Assembly (NCBI GenBank): GCA_038530755.1
Contig: JBCBCI010000021.1
Coordinates: forward strand, 6,837-38,836
Reading direction: 5' to 3'
DNA length: 32,000 nucleotides
Source: Cyanobacteria bacterium J06592_8
GTDB taxonomy: Bacteria; Cyanobacteriota; Cyanobacteriia; Cyanobacteriales; Microcoleaceae
The notes beneath the pieces were generated by a model. That model ran no database searches, was not told the origin of the DNA, and was given only the letters and a program-made list of their open reading frames with translations. The number at the start of each line of letters is the position of its first letter. Positions within the stretch are counted from its first letter, which is position 1. Shown here in pieces: positions 19,845 to 29,760 of the stretch. The translations under genes were made by a program, and so were the position numbers.

Positions 19845-21236
19845 TTAAATCTGCAACAGTAACACAGCGAGGGCAAAGTAAATTAATACACCGAGAATAT
19901 CAACCGTTGTTGTGATAAAGGGTGCTGACATTAATGCCGGATCTAATTTCAAGACTCGAAAGATAAACGGTAACGTTGCACCCGAAATTGAGGCAATAAT
20001 TGTAATAACAAATAAACTAATCCCAACAACGAAAGCGATGGGTAAATTTCGTTGCAAAATATAAGCCCAAATTACAGCAACAATACCTAACATTAAGCCC
20101 AGTATAGCCCCCGCGAGTCCTTCTCGAAGAATCACTTGAAAATTTCCCATCCCTCGCATTTCATCGGTACTAAACCCTCGAATAATCACTGTCGAGGATT
20201 GAGAACCCACATTTCCACCTGTATCATTGAGTAGGGGAATAAATGCAGCTAAACCAACAACTTGTTCTAGAATTTCTTCTTGAGAGGTAATAATTTTACT
20301 GGTGAATGTATTAGTCACTAATAATATTAATAACCAGAAAACTCGCTTTTTTGTAACTGCAAATAAATTAACCTGAAAATAATCATCACCTTCTGATTGA
20401 ACTCCACTTAATTTATAAATATCTTCAGTGCTTTCTTCTTGAACAATATCAAGCGCATCATCAACAGTAATAATTCCCACCAGTCGCTCTTCATAATCTA
20501 CGACAGGTACAGCTAATAAGTCATAATCTTGGATAACTCGCACGACTTCTTCTTGATCGGTTTTCGTCTGAACACATACCGAATCACGGTTCATTATTTC
20601 GCCAATTGTTTGCGCGAGTGAAGCCATGACGAGGTCTTGTAATGAAAGTGTCCCGACTAGATGCTGTTGTGAATCCGTCACATACAAATAATAAATCGTT
20701 TCAGAAACATCAGCTAAAGAACGGATATGAGCTAAACTTTGTTCTACGGTTTCGTTTTCCTTTAAACTAATATATTCAGGGGTCATTATTCGCCCGGCTG
20801 TATCGGGTTCATAACCAAGCAGCAACAAAGTAGCTTCTCGTTCTTTGGGATTTATTTCTGCATATAAACGTTGTAAGAGTTGAGGTGGCAATTCATCGAA
20901 GAGTTGAGCGCGATCATCTGGCGACATTTGATCGACAATGTCTCGAATTTCTTGACTCTGAAACTGTTCACATAAAGACTTTTGAGTAATCGGGTTAAAT
21001 TGTTCATAAACAGCAATCGCATCTTCTGTTCCCAGGAGTCGAAATGCTACAAGTTGTATATTTTCAGGTAAACCTTCTATGGCTTGAGCGATGTCAGTCG
21101 GTTGTACAGGGGAAAGGAGACTTTTAACTCCAGCAAGGTTATCCTGTGCAATTAAATTTTGAAGCTGCGCCCGGACTAAATCCCGAATTTCTTGGCGAGG
21201 AATTGTCGCCTGGGAAGATTGAGTATTAGTATTCAT
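19845..21236 (-). CDS. mgtE: Magnesium transporter MgtE (copy 1)
   Basis: 463 aa; MgtE_N, two CBS domains, C-terminal TM domain with 'IPLLNDTGGNVGSQSSTVIIRGFSTDEM' and 'PFIFRVLKLDPALMSAPFITTTVDILGVLIYF'. Confidence 0.95.
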   Translation of the reverse strand: MNTNTQSSQATIPRQEIRDLVRAQLQNLIAQDNLAGVKSLLSPVQPTDIAQAIEGLPENIQLVAFRLLGTEDAIAVYEQFNPITQKSLCEQFQSQEIRDIVDQMSPDDRAQLFDELPPQLLQRLYAEINPKEREATLLLLGYEPDTAGRIMTPEYISLKENETVEQSLAHIRSLADVSETIYYLYVTDSQQHLVGTLSLQDLVMASLAQTIGEIMNRDSVCVQTKTDQEEVVRVIQDYDLLAVPVVDYEERLVGIITVDDALDIVQEESTEDIYKLSGVQSEGDDYFQVNLFAVTKKRVFWLLILLVTNTFTSKIITSQEEILEQVVGLAAFIPLLNDTGGNVGSQSSTVIIRGFSTDEMRGMGNFQVILREGLAGAILGLMLGIVAVIWAYILQRNLPIAFVVGISLFVITIIASISGATLPFIFRVLKLDPALMSAPFITTTVDILGVLIYFALAVLLLQI

Positions 21237-21407
21237 CCTGTTATTTTGTTCTGTAGTCTAATCGCTATCAATAATATGGATTGGGATTGATGTTAAATTT
21301 TTGATGGGGCAGGTTTTGATTCAATTTTTAGGTTCAAAAAATTTGACCTAAGTTTAAACCTACCCCGATCTGTTTGAACTCTTCTAATTCATTGGTGCCA
21401 CTCGCCA

Positions 21408-22805
21408 TCATATTTGTAATATTACTCGTGCCAAGTTGAAATAGATAAGAACGCCCAGAACATCAACAGCCGTTGTAATAAAAGGTGCAGACATTAAGGC
21501 AGGATCTAACCCAAATGAACGGAATAAAAATGGCAGAGCTGAACCGGCGATCGATGCCAAAATTGAAATAGCGACTAAGCTTATACCAACTGTTAAAGAG
21601 ACGGCTAAATTGCCATTCACAATAAATAAGTAAGCCCAAACGGTGGCGAGTAAACCCAAAATTGTTCCGAGCATGGCTCCGGCGGCGGCTTCACGTAGAA
21701 TCACTCGCACGGGGCCAATTTTCCAAATTTCATCGGTATTCATCCCCCGAATCACAACCGTAGAAGATTGCGCCCCCACGTTTCCACCTGTACCTGTTAA
21801 TAGGGGTATGAATGCGGCTAGAACAACAACCCTTTGTAAGACATCTTCTTGAGCCGTAATAATTCCACCTGTGACACTATTAGTCAGTAACAGTACAAAT
21901 AGCCAAACTACCCTTCGGCGAGCGGCGGTAAATAAATTCACCTGAAAATAGTTATCACCCTCGGACTGAACCCCACCCAAAGCATAGATATCTTCGGTGG
22001 TTTCCTGTTCTAAAATATCGAGAACGTCATCAACGGTGATAATTCCCACCAAGCGCTGTTCGCTATCAACAACAGGTACCGCCAGAAAGTCGTAACGTTG
22101 GATAATACGAGCGACTTCTTCTTGATCGGTATCGGTTTGAATACAAACTAAATCTCGGTTAAGAATTTCACCGATGGTCTGATCCAGTTGAGCGGTAACT
22201 AAGTCTCGCAAAGAGAGAATTCCGGTTAATTTGCGATCAGAGTCGGTGACATAGAGTGAATAAATGGTTTCAGTGACATTAGCTAAACTGCGAATCCGCT
22301 CCAAACTCTCCCCAACTGTATAATGCTCTTTCAAAGAAATATACTCTGGGGTCATAATTCGTCCGGCGGTTCCGGCTTCATACCCCAGTAACAGTGCAGT
22401 GGTCTGGCGTTCAGTGGGACTCAGTTGAGAGACTAACCGACGCACAACCGCCGCCGGGAGTTCTTCAAATAGTTTGGCTCGATCATCCGGTGACATTTTA
22501 TCAACGATATCAACGACTTCCTGGCGTTTAAATTTTTCGCAAAGAGACTGCTGAACACTGGAGTCAAGTTGTTCGTAGACTTCAATTGCTTCATCTTTGG
22601 ATAGCAGACGAAACGCAATGACTTGCATGGTCTCCGGTAAACCTTCTATAGCTTCAGCAATGTCAGCCGGTTGTACGGGAACAAGGATGGCTTTGGCGGC
22701 TTGCAGATCTTCACGTTCCAATAGGACTTGTAGTTGCGTTCGCACCAACTCCCGTAATTCCTTACGTGACATCGTTGTCAGAGTTGAGATGTTCTCCTCA
22801 GTCAA
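21408..22805 (-). CDS. mgtE: Magnesium transporter MgtE (copy 2, tandem paralogue)
   Basis: 465 aa; same architecture, 'IPLLTGTGGNVGAQSSTVVIRGM...FLFRSFGLDPALMSAPFITTAVDVLGVLIYF'. Confidence 0.95.
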   Translation of the reverse strand: MTEENISTLTTMSRKELRELVRTQLQVLLEREDLQAAKAILVPVQPADIAEAIEGLPETMQVIAFRLLSKDEAIEVYEQLDSSVQQSLCEKFKRQEVVDIVDKMSPDDRAKLFEELPAAVVRRLVSQLSPTERQTTALLLGYEAGTAGRIMTPEYISLKEHYTVGESLERIRSLANVTETIYSLYVTDSDRKLTGILSLRDLVTAQLDQTIGEILNRDLVCIQTDTDQEEVARIIQRYDFLAVPVVDSEQRLVGIITVDDVLDILEQETTEDIYALGGVQSEGDNYFQVNLFTAARRRVVWLFVLLLTNSVTGGIITAQEDVLQRVVVLAAFIPLLTGTGGNVGAQSSTVVIRGMNTDEIWKIGPVRVILREAAAGAMLGTILGLLATVWAYLFIVNGNLAVSLTVGISLVAISILASIAGSALPFLFRSFGLDPALMSAPFITTAVDVLGVLIYFNLARVILQI

Positions 22806-22934
22806 TGGCAGCCCTCCTCAAACGAGTTCTGCATCCTAGTTTAGAAGCAAAGCGACATAATAACCCACTTTTACAGTACACAGTTAACAGTTTTGATCAA
22901 GAATGGGCATTGCCCATCCTTTGTATTCTCAACT

Positions 22935-24359
22935 TTAACTCTGGAAGTATTTGATAATGGCTTCGGCAAATTCCGAACATTTCAAGGGTTCGGCGGGGGG
23001 TTCCATTAACCGAGCTAAATCATAGGTTACTTCTCGACTGGAAATAGCCTGACCTAATCCAGTTTTAATCAAGTCTGCGGCTTCTTGCCAGCCCATATAC
23101 TCCAGCATCATTACCCCTGAAAGAATTAACGATCCAGGGTTGACGCGATCAAGTCCTGCGTGTTTGGGTGCGGTGCCGTGAGTGGCTTCAAAAATGGCAC
23201 AGTCATCGCCAATATTTGCACCTGGCCCCATTCCTAAACCTCCAACCATTGCCGCTGCCGCATCCGATAAATAATCTCCATTGAGGTTCATGGTGGCGAG
23301 GATTGAATATTCGGCAGGTCGCGTTTGAATTTGCTGGAAAATACTGTCGGCAATGCGGTCATTCACCATAATTTTTTCTTTCCATTTGCCATTGCCATGG
23401 CTGTCCCAAATCGCGGCTAAAACCTCGGCAACTTCCTGTAAAATTTCTTGGCGTTTTTCATCTGTTAACGCATCGTATCCCGGTTCAACTTTGCGAGCAT
23501 TATCTTCATTAGAAATATCAGGATTTGCTTCTTTGTTACTCAAAATCCAAGATTCACGTTCCGTAATACATTCATCGCGAAACTCAGCCGTTGCCAGTTC
23601 ATATCCCCAATCTCTAAATGCACCTTCGGTATATTTCATAATATTCCCTTTATGCACTAAAGTCACCATTTGCTTTTCTTTTGGCAACCGTAAAGCGTTC
23701 TGGATTGCCCGACGCACCAAACGCTGAGATCCCGTTTTACTGATGGGTTTAATGCCAATCCCTGAATCGAGGCGAATTTGCTTTTTACCATGTTCAGGAG
23801 TAGACGGAATCAAATCACTGTTGAGGATGTGAATCAGTTTTTGAGCAATTTCAGTGCCTTCTTTCCATTCAATTCCTAAGTAAATATCTTCTGTATTTTC
23901 CCGATAGATAATCACATCTAACTTTTCAGGAGTTTTGTGAGGAGAAGGAGTTCCCAAATAATATTTACAAGGACGAACACAAGCATAGAGGTCATTGAGT
24001 TGACGCAATGCCACGTTTAACGAACGAATTCCGCCCCCGATAGGAGTTGTCAACGGGCCTTTGATCGCCACTCCATATTCCTTGATGGCGGTGAGGGTAT
24101 CTTCCGGTAAATATTGGTAAGTGCCGTATTGTTCGCAGGCTTCGTCCCCAGCGTACACCTTGAACCAGCTAACTTTTCGCTTTCCACTGTATGCAGCTTC
24201 AATTGCAGCATCTAATACTCGTTGAGTCGCAGGCCACAGATCAATACCAGTACCATCACCACGAATAAATGGAATAATCGGATTATCAGGAACAACGGGT
24301 TCACCATTATTGAAGGTAATTTTTTCGCCTGTGGTTGGAGGAGTAATTTTTTCGTACAT
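22935..24359 (-). CDS. icd: NADP-dependent isocitrate dehydrogenase
   Basis: 474 aa; '[20 protein letters not shown]','[10 protein letters not shown]...[27 protein letters not shown]','[25 protein letters not shown]'. Confidence 0.97.
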   Translation of the reverse strand: MYEKITPPTTGEKITFNNGEPVVPDNPIIPFIRGDGTGIDLWPATQRVLDAAIEAAYSGKRKVSWFKVYAGDEACEQYGTYQYLPEDTLTAIKEYGVAIKGPLTTPIGGGIRSLNVALRQLNDLYACVRPCKYYLGTPSPHKTPEKLDVIIYRENTEDIYLGIEWKEGTEIAQKLIHILNSDLIPSTPEHGKKQIRLDSGIGIKPISKTGSQRLVRRAIQNALRLPKEKQMVTLVHKGNIMKYTEGAFRDWGYELATAEFRDECITERESWILSNKEANPDISNEDNARKVEPGYDALTDEKRQEILQEVAEVLAAIWDSHGNGKWKEKIMVNDRIADSIFQQIQTRPAEYSILATMNLNGDYLSDAAAAMVGGLGMGPGANIGDDCAIFEATHGTAPKHAGLDRVNPGSLILSGVMMLEYMGWQEAADLIKTGLGQAISSREVTYDLARLMEPPAEPLKCSEFAEAIIKYFQS

Positions 24360-24621
24360 TGTCTAATCCTATCGCATCAAATTGAGTTGACAGAACGGAT
24401 ATTTGAATGGTGATCCGCTTGCACCTTGTTCACGATTTTTGACGACAATTGCAACAAATCATCAAGACCTCTACAATTTCTTTAGGATCGTTGCGGTCAG
24501 GTCATCCCGTTAAAATCAAAACCGATAACCCAATTTTTTTGCAGAATCTTATTATACAAAATCGACCTTCCTGTTCCTGTATTAAAAAATGCTGAATTCT
24601 TAGCCCAACCCAGCAGTAACG

Positions 24622-25467
24622 TTAAAGTTCTAATGGGGCAATAAAGCCGAGCTTTTCCTGGAGAATATATCGTAACACCGCTTGAGTCACCGCAATTAAT
24701 CCCAGTCGAGCTTGGGCGAATTCTGGAGTTTCGAGTTTAACTTCTCCCCAAATTCGACATTGACCATAAAATTCTTGAAAGGTATCAGAAATTAGATTTG
24801 CTTTAGTTTTCCAGTATTTTTGATCTGATGAAGTTTGATCTAGATCAAAAGTTGTCAGGAGTTGACTAATTAATCGTCGTTCACTATGATGTTGAAGTCG
24901 AAGTTTGCGCTCGCACTCTAGCCAGGGAATGGGATCGGGTTCCCGGAATAACCACAGCGCAGGAGTCCTTTGCAACTGGGGTTCCGCTAAGGAGATGATC
25001 CGATCGCGATCGGCTAGCCGCAACAGAGAACAACAACGGGCATGAGCATACTGTATCTTAAATAAGCTTTGATCATCATTTTCGATGAACACTTCGGTTG
25101 AGGAAACGGGAAGACTCGATAAAGGTAGAGGAGTTTGAGTCATCTGTTGTAACCAAGTCGCGATCGCTTGATCGGTTAATTCAAATGCAATTATTCCTGA
25201 TGGGGTAACACTAATGATAATCTCAATCCATTCACTTTCACCAGAAAGCCCTTGTAAAATTTGAGTCGCCATCTCTACGGGATGATGATTATTTATTTTT
25301 GCTAATTTCAAAGCGATCGCACAGTGATATCGGATCGGCCAAGAATCTTTAAGAACATAAACCGGGATCTCCTGGAGATTGATATTAATGTCTTGAAATT
25401 GAATGTGCGGGTAGAGGTTGTCAATCAAAAAACATCGAACTCGGTGATCTTTTATCAGACTATTCAT
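24622..25467 (-). CDS. Standalone DALR anticodon-binding domain protein (arginyl-tRNA synthetase-like, no catalytic core)
   Basis: 281 aa; C-terminal DALR-like region 'FKIQYAHARCCSLLRLA...HHSERRLISQLLTTFD...LISDTFQEFYGQCRI...ARLGLIAVTQAVLRYILQEKLGFIAPLEL'; HIGH and KMSKS motifs absent. Confidence 0.75.
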   Translation of the reverse strand: MNSLIKDHRVRCFLIDNLYPHIQFQDININLQEIPVYVLKDSWPIRYHCAIALKLAKINNHHPVEMATQILQGLSGESEWIEIIISVTPSGIIAFELTDQAIATWLQQMTQTPLPLSSLPVSSTEVFIENDDQSLFKIQYAHARCCSLLRLADRDRIISLAEPQLQRTPALWLFREPDPIPWLECERKLRLQHHSERRLISQLLTTFDLDQTSSDQKYWKTKANLISDTFQEFYGQCRIWGEVKLETPEFAQARLGLIAVTQAVLRYILQEKLGFIAPLEL

Positions 25468-25795
25468 CAGACCTTGTGTAACAATTCTTGATCAAGTCCG
25501 TAAAAATTATCCTTCTGGGTAGATTGTTACCGCAAGTTCCGGAACCTTTGTACAATCTTGTGTAGGTTCCTCTAGCCTTCCTTGGAGCCAGACCCTCTAT
25601 GAATTCAATCTCAGATCAGACAGATGATGTGTTTTTTGCTACATTAGAAGAATAGCTCAGATTGATACAAGCAGTGTATAAAGTGTAGCCCGCTTCGGTG
25701 TAACTGACTTGGTGTAAAGTTTCACTCTCGATGCTTTCAAAAAAGCATATTGAGCCTCTCTACTGTCCTTGAAAACTCTCATCTATTATAGTCCT

Positions 25796-26527
25796 ATGCA
25801 GTCAACCTCTGTATCCTCTGGAACCACAACCAATCGCCCTTTTTTAACCTGGCAGCGTATTATTGATTGGGCGCAGGAACATTACCGCTGTCGCAACTTT
25901 GACAAAGATGAGCGAATCCCTGCCCGTCCAGGTTTACTATACCTAGTACAACGTGGTTCTGTTCGTCTTGTCGGTAGCGCCCAACTTGGAGTCGCTTTCA
26001 ACTCATCCAAGTCAAAAGTCTCTCGTCGTCGGAATCTTGATGAAGCATTTTTGGGTTTTGTGGGTGCAGGTCAACCCTTTGAATTAGTCGCCCAGTCACC
26101 TTTTTCACTACAAGCTTATGCTCATACCGATGAGACAACAGTTGTCTGGATGTACTGGGAAGACCTAGATAACTGGCCCCATTTCCGTCGAGAAGTTTTA
26201 GATGCCTTTCGCTATCAACATCAGCGTAAATTATTGTGGCTAAGTACCCTGGGCCAACGTCGAACCATTGACCGATTATTAGGCTTTTTAACACTTTTAG
26301 TTGAAGAATACGGAGAATATTACGTTAACGAGAGTGAAGAAAATCCCTTTCGGGGCTATTGTTTGCCCTGGTCTTTAACTCACTCTCAAATCGGTAGTGC
26401 GATCGGTTCGACACGGGTAACGGTAACACGATTGATGGGTAAATTACGGGCTTCAGGATTAATTTATACCCAAGGCGATAATTTAATTTGTCTACCTGAA
26501 GAACTTGAAGGCGAACAATCTTCCTAA
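25796..26527 (+). CDS. Crp/Fnr family transcriptional regulator (NtcA-like HTH)
   Basis: Cyclic-nucleotide-fold region 'ERIPARPGLLYLVQRGSVRLVG' and HTH 'LPWSLTHSQIGSAIGSTRVTVTRLMGKLRASGLI'; start placed at 25796 (MQSTSVSSG), the ORF extends to 25769. Confidence 0.85.
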   Translation: MQSTSVSSGTTTNRPFLTWQRIIDWAQEHYRCRNFDKDERIPARPGLLYLVQRGSVRLVGSAQLGVAFNSSKSKVSRRRNLDEAFLGFVGAGQPFELVAQSPFSLQAYAHTDETTVVWMYWEDLDNWPHFRREVLDAFRYQHQRKLLWLSTLGQRRTIDRLLGFLTLLVEEYGEYYVNESEENPFRGYCLPWSLTHSQIGSAIGSTRVTVTRLMGKLRASGLIYTQGDNLICLPEELEGEQSS

Positions 26528-26678
26528 TTGAGTGCGGTTTGATTTGTAAATAGAACAAACTGATCTTTAGGGTGCATCTTATGTTAATCAGATTTTTTGA
26601 TCAGATTTTTGAACGAATGACTTGGTAAATCTTTTTTGCCAAGTTATTTGATTTGGGTTTTTGTAATTTTGACGATTT

Positions 26679-27122
26679 GTGATGGATAAAAAAGCTATTC
26701 AAATCCGTTTAGTTCACAACGAATCTGAACAGCAAGCTTTGTATTTTCAGCGTTGGTTAGTCTTGCGATCGCCCTTGGGTTTACCTCAAGGAACAGAACA
26801 GGATGAGTATGAACATCAGTCTGTTCATCTGATCGCCATTCTCGATGATCAAATCGTTGGTTCTGTTCGCCTTCGTACCCTTGCAAATAACATCGGTAGC
26901 CTTGCCTATCTCGCGGTATTACCTCAGTTTCAAGGACAAGGAATTGGTACACAACTCGTCAAACACCTGATTAAAATTGCTCAAGATCAAGGACTTCCAA
27001 CTGTTAGGGCGATGGCTCGGAAAGAGATGCTTGGGTTTTACCAGAAACTCGGGTTTGAGCCAAAGGGAGATGAGGTTGAGTTTTTAGGAAAGCCTCACCA
27101 GTTTGTTTACTTGCAACTGTAA
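26679..27122 (+). CDS. GNAT family N-acetyltransferase (ElaA/YjcF-like)
   Basis: 147 aa; 'GSVRLRTLANNIGSLAYLAVLPQFQGQGIGTQLVKHLIKIAQDQG...ARKEMLGFYQKLGFEPKGDEVEFLGKPHQFVYLQL'. Confidence 0.9.
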   Translation: MMDKKAIQIRLVHNESEQQALYFQRWLVLRSPLGLPQGTEQDEYEHQSVHLIAILDDQIVGSVRLRTLANNIGSLAYLAVLPQFQGQGIGTQLVKHLIKIAQDQGLPTVRAMARKEMLGFYQKLGFEPKGDEVEFLGKPHQFVYLQL

Positions 27123-28119
27123 CGGGTTCTGGCATTTCTTGAGGAACTTGTTCGGTGAAATCATCCGAGAAAATATGTAATTGATCCACATAATACTTAA
27201 CAAATAAAACAGGTTTCTCCATCGTGCAAGACCCTTTCAAAACAACTGTTTTTTCATCATCTCGAACAATTTCAGCTCGACATAACTTCCGAGTTTCGTC
27301 TGGCTTTTGAATACTCAGTTCAACTTCAAACCAGCTTTTATCCGAACCTTGTTTTAAAATCTTGGCAGAAATTTTATATTTAAACCAATCCCAGCCAAAT
27401 TGTAGCATTAAAGTCTGTTCCAGCACCTGAAGTTCGTAGGGTAAAATACTCCAACCGCGATAAATTTGATTGAAGATTTCTAGACTCCCCTCACGGGTGA
27501 CAACTGAACAAAACGACTCTACATCTAACCCACCATAATACCGTCCATCTGGAAAGGTAATTGCAGTCGGTGCAAAACGATGACCTCCGAAATGACTGGC
27601 TTGCCAAACTCGGATATTTTCTAATTTTAAATGATGTAATTTTGCGATCGCCTGTTTATAAAACGGAATTCCATATTTCCCACAACATTTATCGTGACGT
27701 CCGTGAGTACACACAAGAATATCTTGATAATCTTCTGAGGAGACAATCGGATTTAGCGGTTCTCCATTCAGAAAATCAGTGACAATTGCTGGAACTTCTT
27801 CTAGAGTATCAACCCCAAACTCATAGCGCTGATAACCTCCACAAAAATCACCCTGTTCTTGATGGTAAATTAAAACTGTTTTTTGTTGATTTAAAAGACA
27901 TAAATTCCGACGAATCAGCAAAAACCGAATAGACTGCCCCTCCGTTTCTAACTGAGCCATGAGTGCTTTTAAATTCTCAGGAATACCGGGTGATTTCAAA
28001 GCACTGCAACTCCAAGGCTCGGAATATTCTATTAAAACATAAGTTTGATGATGAGTTGCACTCCCGATTTTATCTTCTAAGACTTCACGGGAAGAATCAG
28101 CGCAAAAGAATCGAGTCAT
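27004..28119 (-). CDS. Sucrase/ferredoxin-like (thioredoxin-like [2Fe-2S]) family protein
   Basis: 371 aa; 'FFCADSSRE...IGSATHHQTYVLIEYSEPW','ILVCTHGRHDKCCGKYGIPFYKQ','IWQASHFGGHRFAPTAITFPDGRYYG'. Confidence 0.88.
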   Translation of the reverse strand: MTRFFCADSSREVLEDKIGSATHHQTYVLIEYSEPWSCSALKSPGIPENLKALMAQLETEGQSIRFLLIRRNLCLLNQQKTVLIYHQEQGDFCGGYQRYEFGVDTLEEVPAIVTDFLNGEPLNPIVSSEDYQDILVCTHGRHDKCCGKYGIPFYKQAIAKLHHLKLENIRVWQASHFGGHRFAPTAITFPDGRYYGGLDVESFCSVVTREGSLEIFNQIYRGWSILPYELQVLEQTLMLQFGWDWFKYKISAKILKQGSDKSWFEVELSIQKPDETRKLCRAEIVRDDEKTVVLKGSCTMEKPVLFVKYYVDQLHIFSDDFTEQVPQEMPEPVTVASKQTGEAFLKTQPHLPLAQTRVSGKTQASLSEPSP

Positions 28120-28220
28120 TTTTTCTCCTTCTTGTTTGTTTTTTAGTGGTTCGCTCCATGTTCAATCACCCCTCAAAGTTTTAATTAAGTTAGTTTGAAT
28201 GTAGTTCGTTTGAAGTCAAA

Positions 28221-29402
28221 CTATCGAGATTCAACAACAAGAATCCCTTCTTGTACCAAACGTGTAAGCAAAGGAACTAGATCGAGTTCCCAGTCAAAAT
28301 CCGGTAGCCATTGCAACACCTCCTCACCTGTAAACTCTGACTGTTGAAAGAGTTTTTCCCAGACTGCACGGGGAACACCTGTCAAAAAAACTTCTTTTCC
28401 TTGAGTTGTAATTCGATAGGAATCTACATCCGGCAAATCGAAAATTTGGACTCGTTGAAAAGGTTGTGTTTTAAAGGTTGTCAGTTGATCTTGAGGAAAA
28501 ATATTAAATCCCATTTGCTGCGGTAAACTGTATTTTGTAATGGGTTTACCCAAAGCATTGAGATATTGTATATATTCGTTGATGCGATCTGAATCAATTA
28601 AATCTTCAGATAAACTTTGACTCAGTTGTTGCAAGTGCTGTTTTAGATCGACTGTATCTTGGGGAAGCGGTAAACTCGCTCGCCACTCTTCATTATTCCG
28701 TAATTGATTAGCCCACCACTCTAACCAATCAATTCCGGTTTTTGTATGAATTCCTAATGTTAAATGCAGTGAAGGTGTATCTCCCGCTACAGCATAATGC
28801 CAATGTCCGCGTGGAATATACAACACATCTCCCGGCGATAACATACAGTTTAAATAGGGTGGATCTTCGGGGGGAGAAAGCGTTACAGATTTTTGATCTT
28901 TTAACGGGAATTTTAACGTCTCAGAAAAGACATTCCAAGTTTTGCATCCCTCAATTTGGAGGATAAAAACATCATGGGTGTCGTAATGACTCGAAAATCC
29001 CTGTTTTTGAGGAAAGGAAGCGTAAGCATTAATTTGGGTGGCGTAGCCTAACTCCCATCTCAACGCTGCTGTCCATTTCGCAAGATCTGGGACCCACTCA
29101 TGCACCCGATCTATGATTAATGTTGCACCTTGTTGCAACCAATGGGTTAGTTGTTGAATTTCATTTGCATCTAAGACCTTGCCCTCTAGGGCTAATCGCA
29201 AGTCTGGATATTGCAAAGGACTGAAGTTGAGCAAATAATTTAATGTCTCCCAGGAAAACAAACTGGCAAACTGATGGGGTTCATCCGCCGGAATTCGCAA
29301 GGCTTGAGTCGTCCAATGATGGTCGAAAAATTCTCCAACGGGATAGGGATGTAATAGCTTGGCTAGAACCTTCATAATCGTGTTGTCTGTATCATCAGCC
29401 AC
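28221..29402 (-). CDS. JmjC/cupin_4 (PF08007-type) 2-oxoglutarate/Fe(II)-dependent oxygenase, ROXA/MINA53/NO66-like
   Basis: 393 aa (GTG start); 'FFDHHWTTQALRI','QINAYASFPQKQGFSSHYDTHDVFILQIEGCKTWNVF' (HxD), 'LSPGDVLYIPRGHWHYAVA...SLHLTLGI' (distal His). Confidence 0.9.
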   Translation of the reverse strand: MADDTDNTIMKVLAKLLHPYPVGEFFDHHWTTQALRIPADEPHQFASLFSWETLNYLLNFSPLQYPDLRLALEGKVLDANEIQQLTHWLQQGATLIIDRVHEWVPDLAKWTAALRWELGYATQINAYASFPQKQGFSSHYDTHDVFILQIEGCKTWNVFSETLKFPLKDQKSVTLSPPEDPPYLNCMLSPGDVLYIPRGHWHYAVAGDTPSLHLTLGIHTKTGIDWLEWWANQLRNNEEWRASLPLPQDTVDLKQHLQQLSQSLSEDLIDSDRINEYIQYLNALGKPITKYSLPQQMGFNIFPQDQLTTFKTQPFQRVQIFDLPDVDSYRITTQGKEVFLTGVPRAVWEKLFQQSEFTGEEVLQWLPDFDWELDLVPLLTRLVQEGILVVESR

Positions 29403-29610
29403 TAATGCAAAATTTTCTCAATAAATTTGGCTTCTAAAAAACCGTAACTGATGAATTTAGTAGGTATTGACTCGGTATTTAATAACTTAACTCTAACGCA
29501 GAATTTTACAATCCTGCTTTAGATACTTAAGCCAACCTATATACCCCTATAATCCCCAGTTACGGCTTATGAGAACGCTATTAGAAAACGTATCTCAGCA
29601 AAATCGAGTC

Positions 29611-29760
29611 TTACTCGTGATTGATATCGCCGCCATCAGCGTCAGCGCTGTGCTGAGACTTAACAGTTTGACGAACCCCTTGAGGGATATCCCGAACTTC
29701 GATTTGAATTCGGCTAGGACGGTTAGATGCAGACGCAAAAGCTGTTGTAGGCTTAGTCAT
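29611..29760 (-). CDS. Small peptide, 49 aa, putative precursor peptide (unannotated in the ORF track)
   Basis: Reverse-complement reading: 'ggagatattATG' (GGAG ribosome-binding site), MTKPTTAFASASNRPSRIQIEVRDIPQGVRQTVKSQHSADADGGDINHE*, on the same strand as and 208 bp upstream of the JmjC/cupin gene. Confidence 0.55.
   Translation of the reverse strand: MTKPTTAFASASNRPSRIQIEVRDIPQGVRQTVKSQHSADADGGDINHE

Noticed and set aside
25998-26294. Minus-strand ORFs 25998-26294 and 26325-26558
   Set aside because: Antisense to the Crp/Fnr regulator; no independent support.
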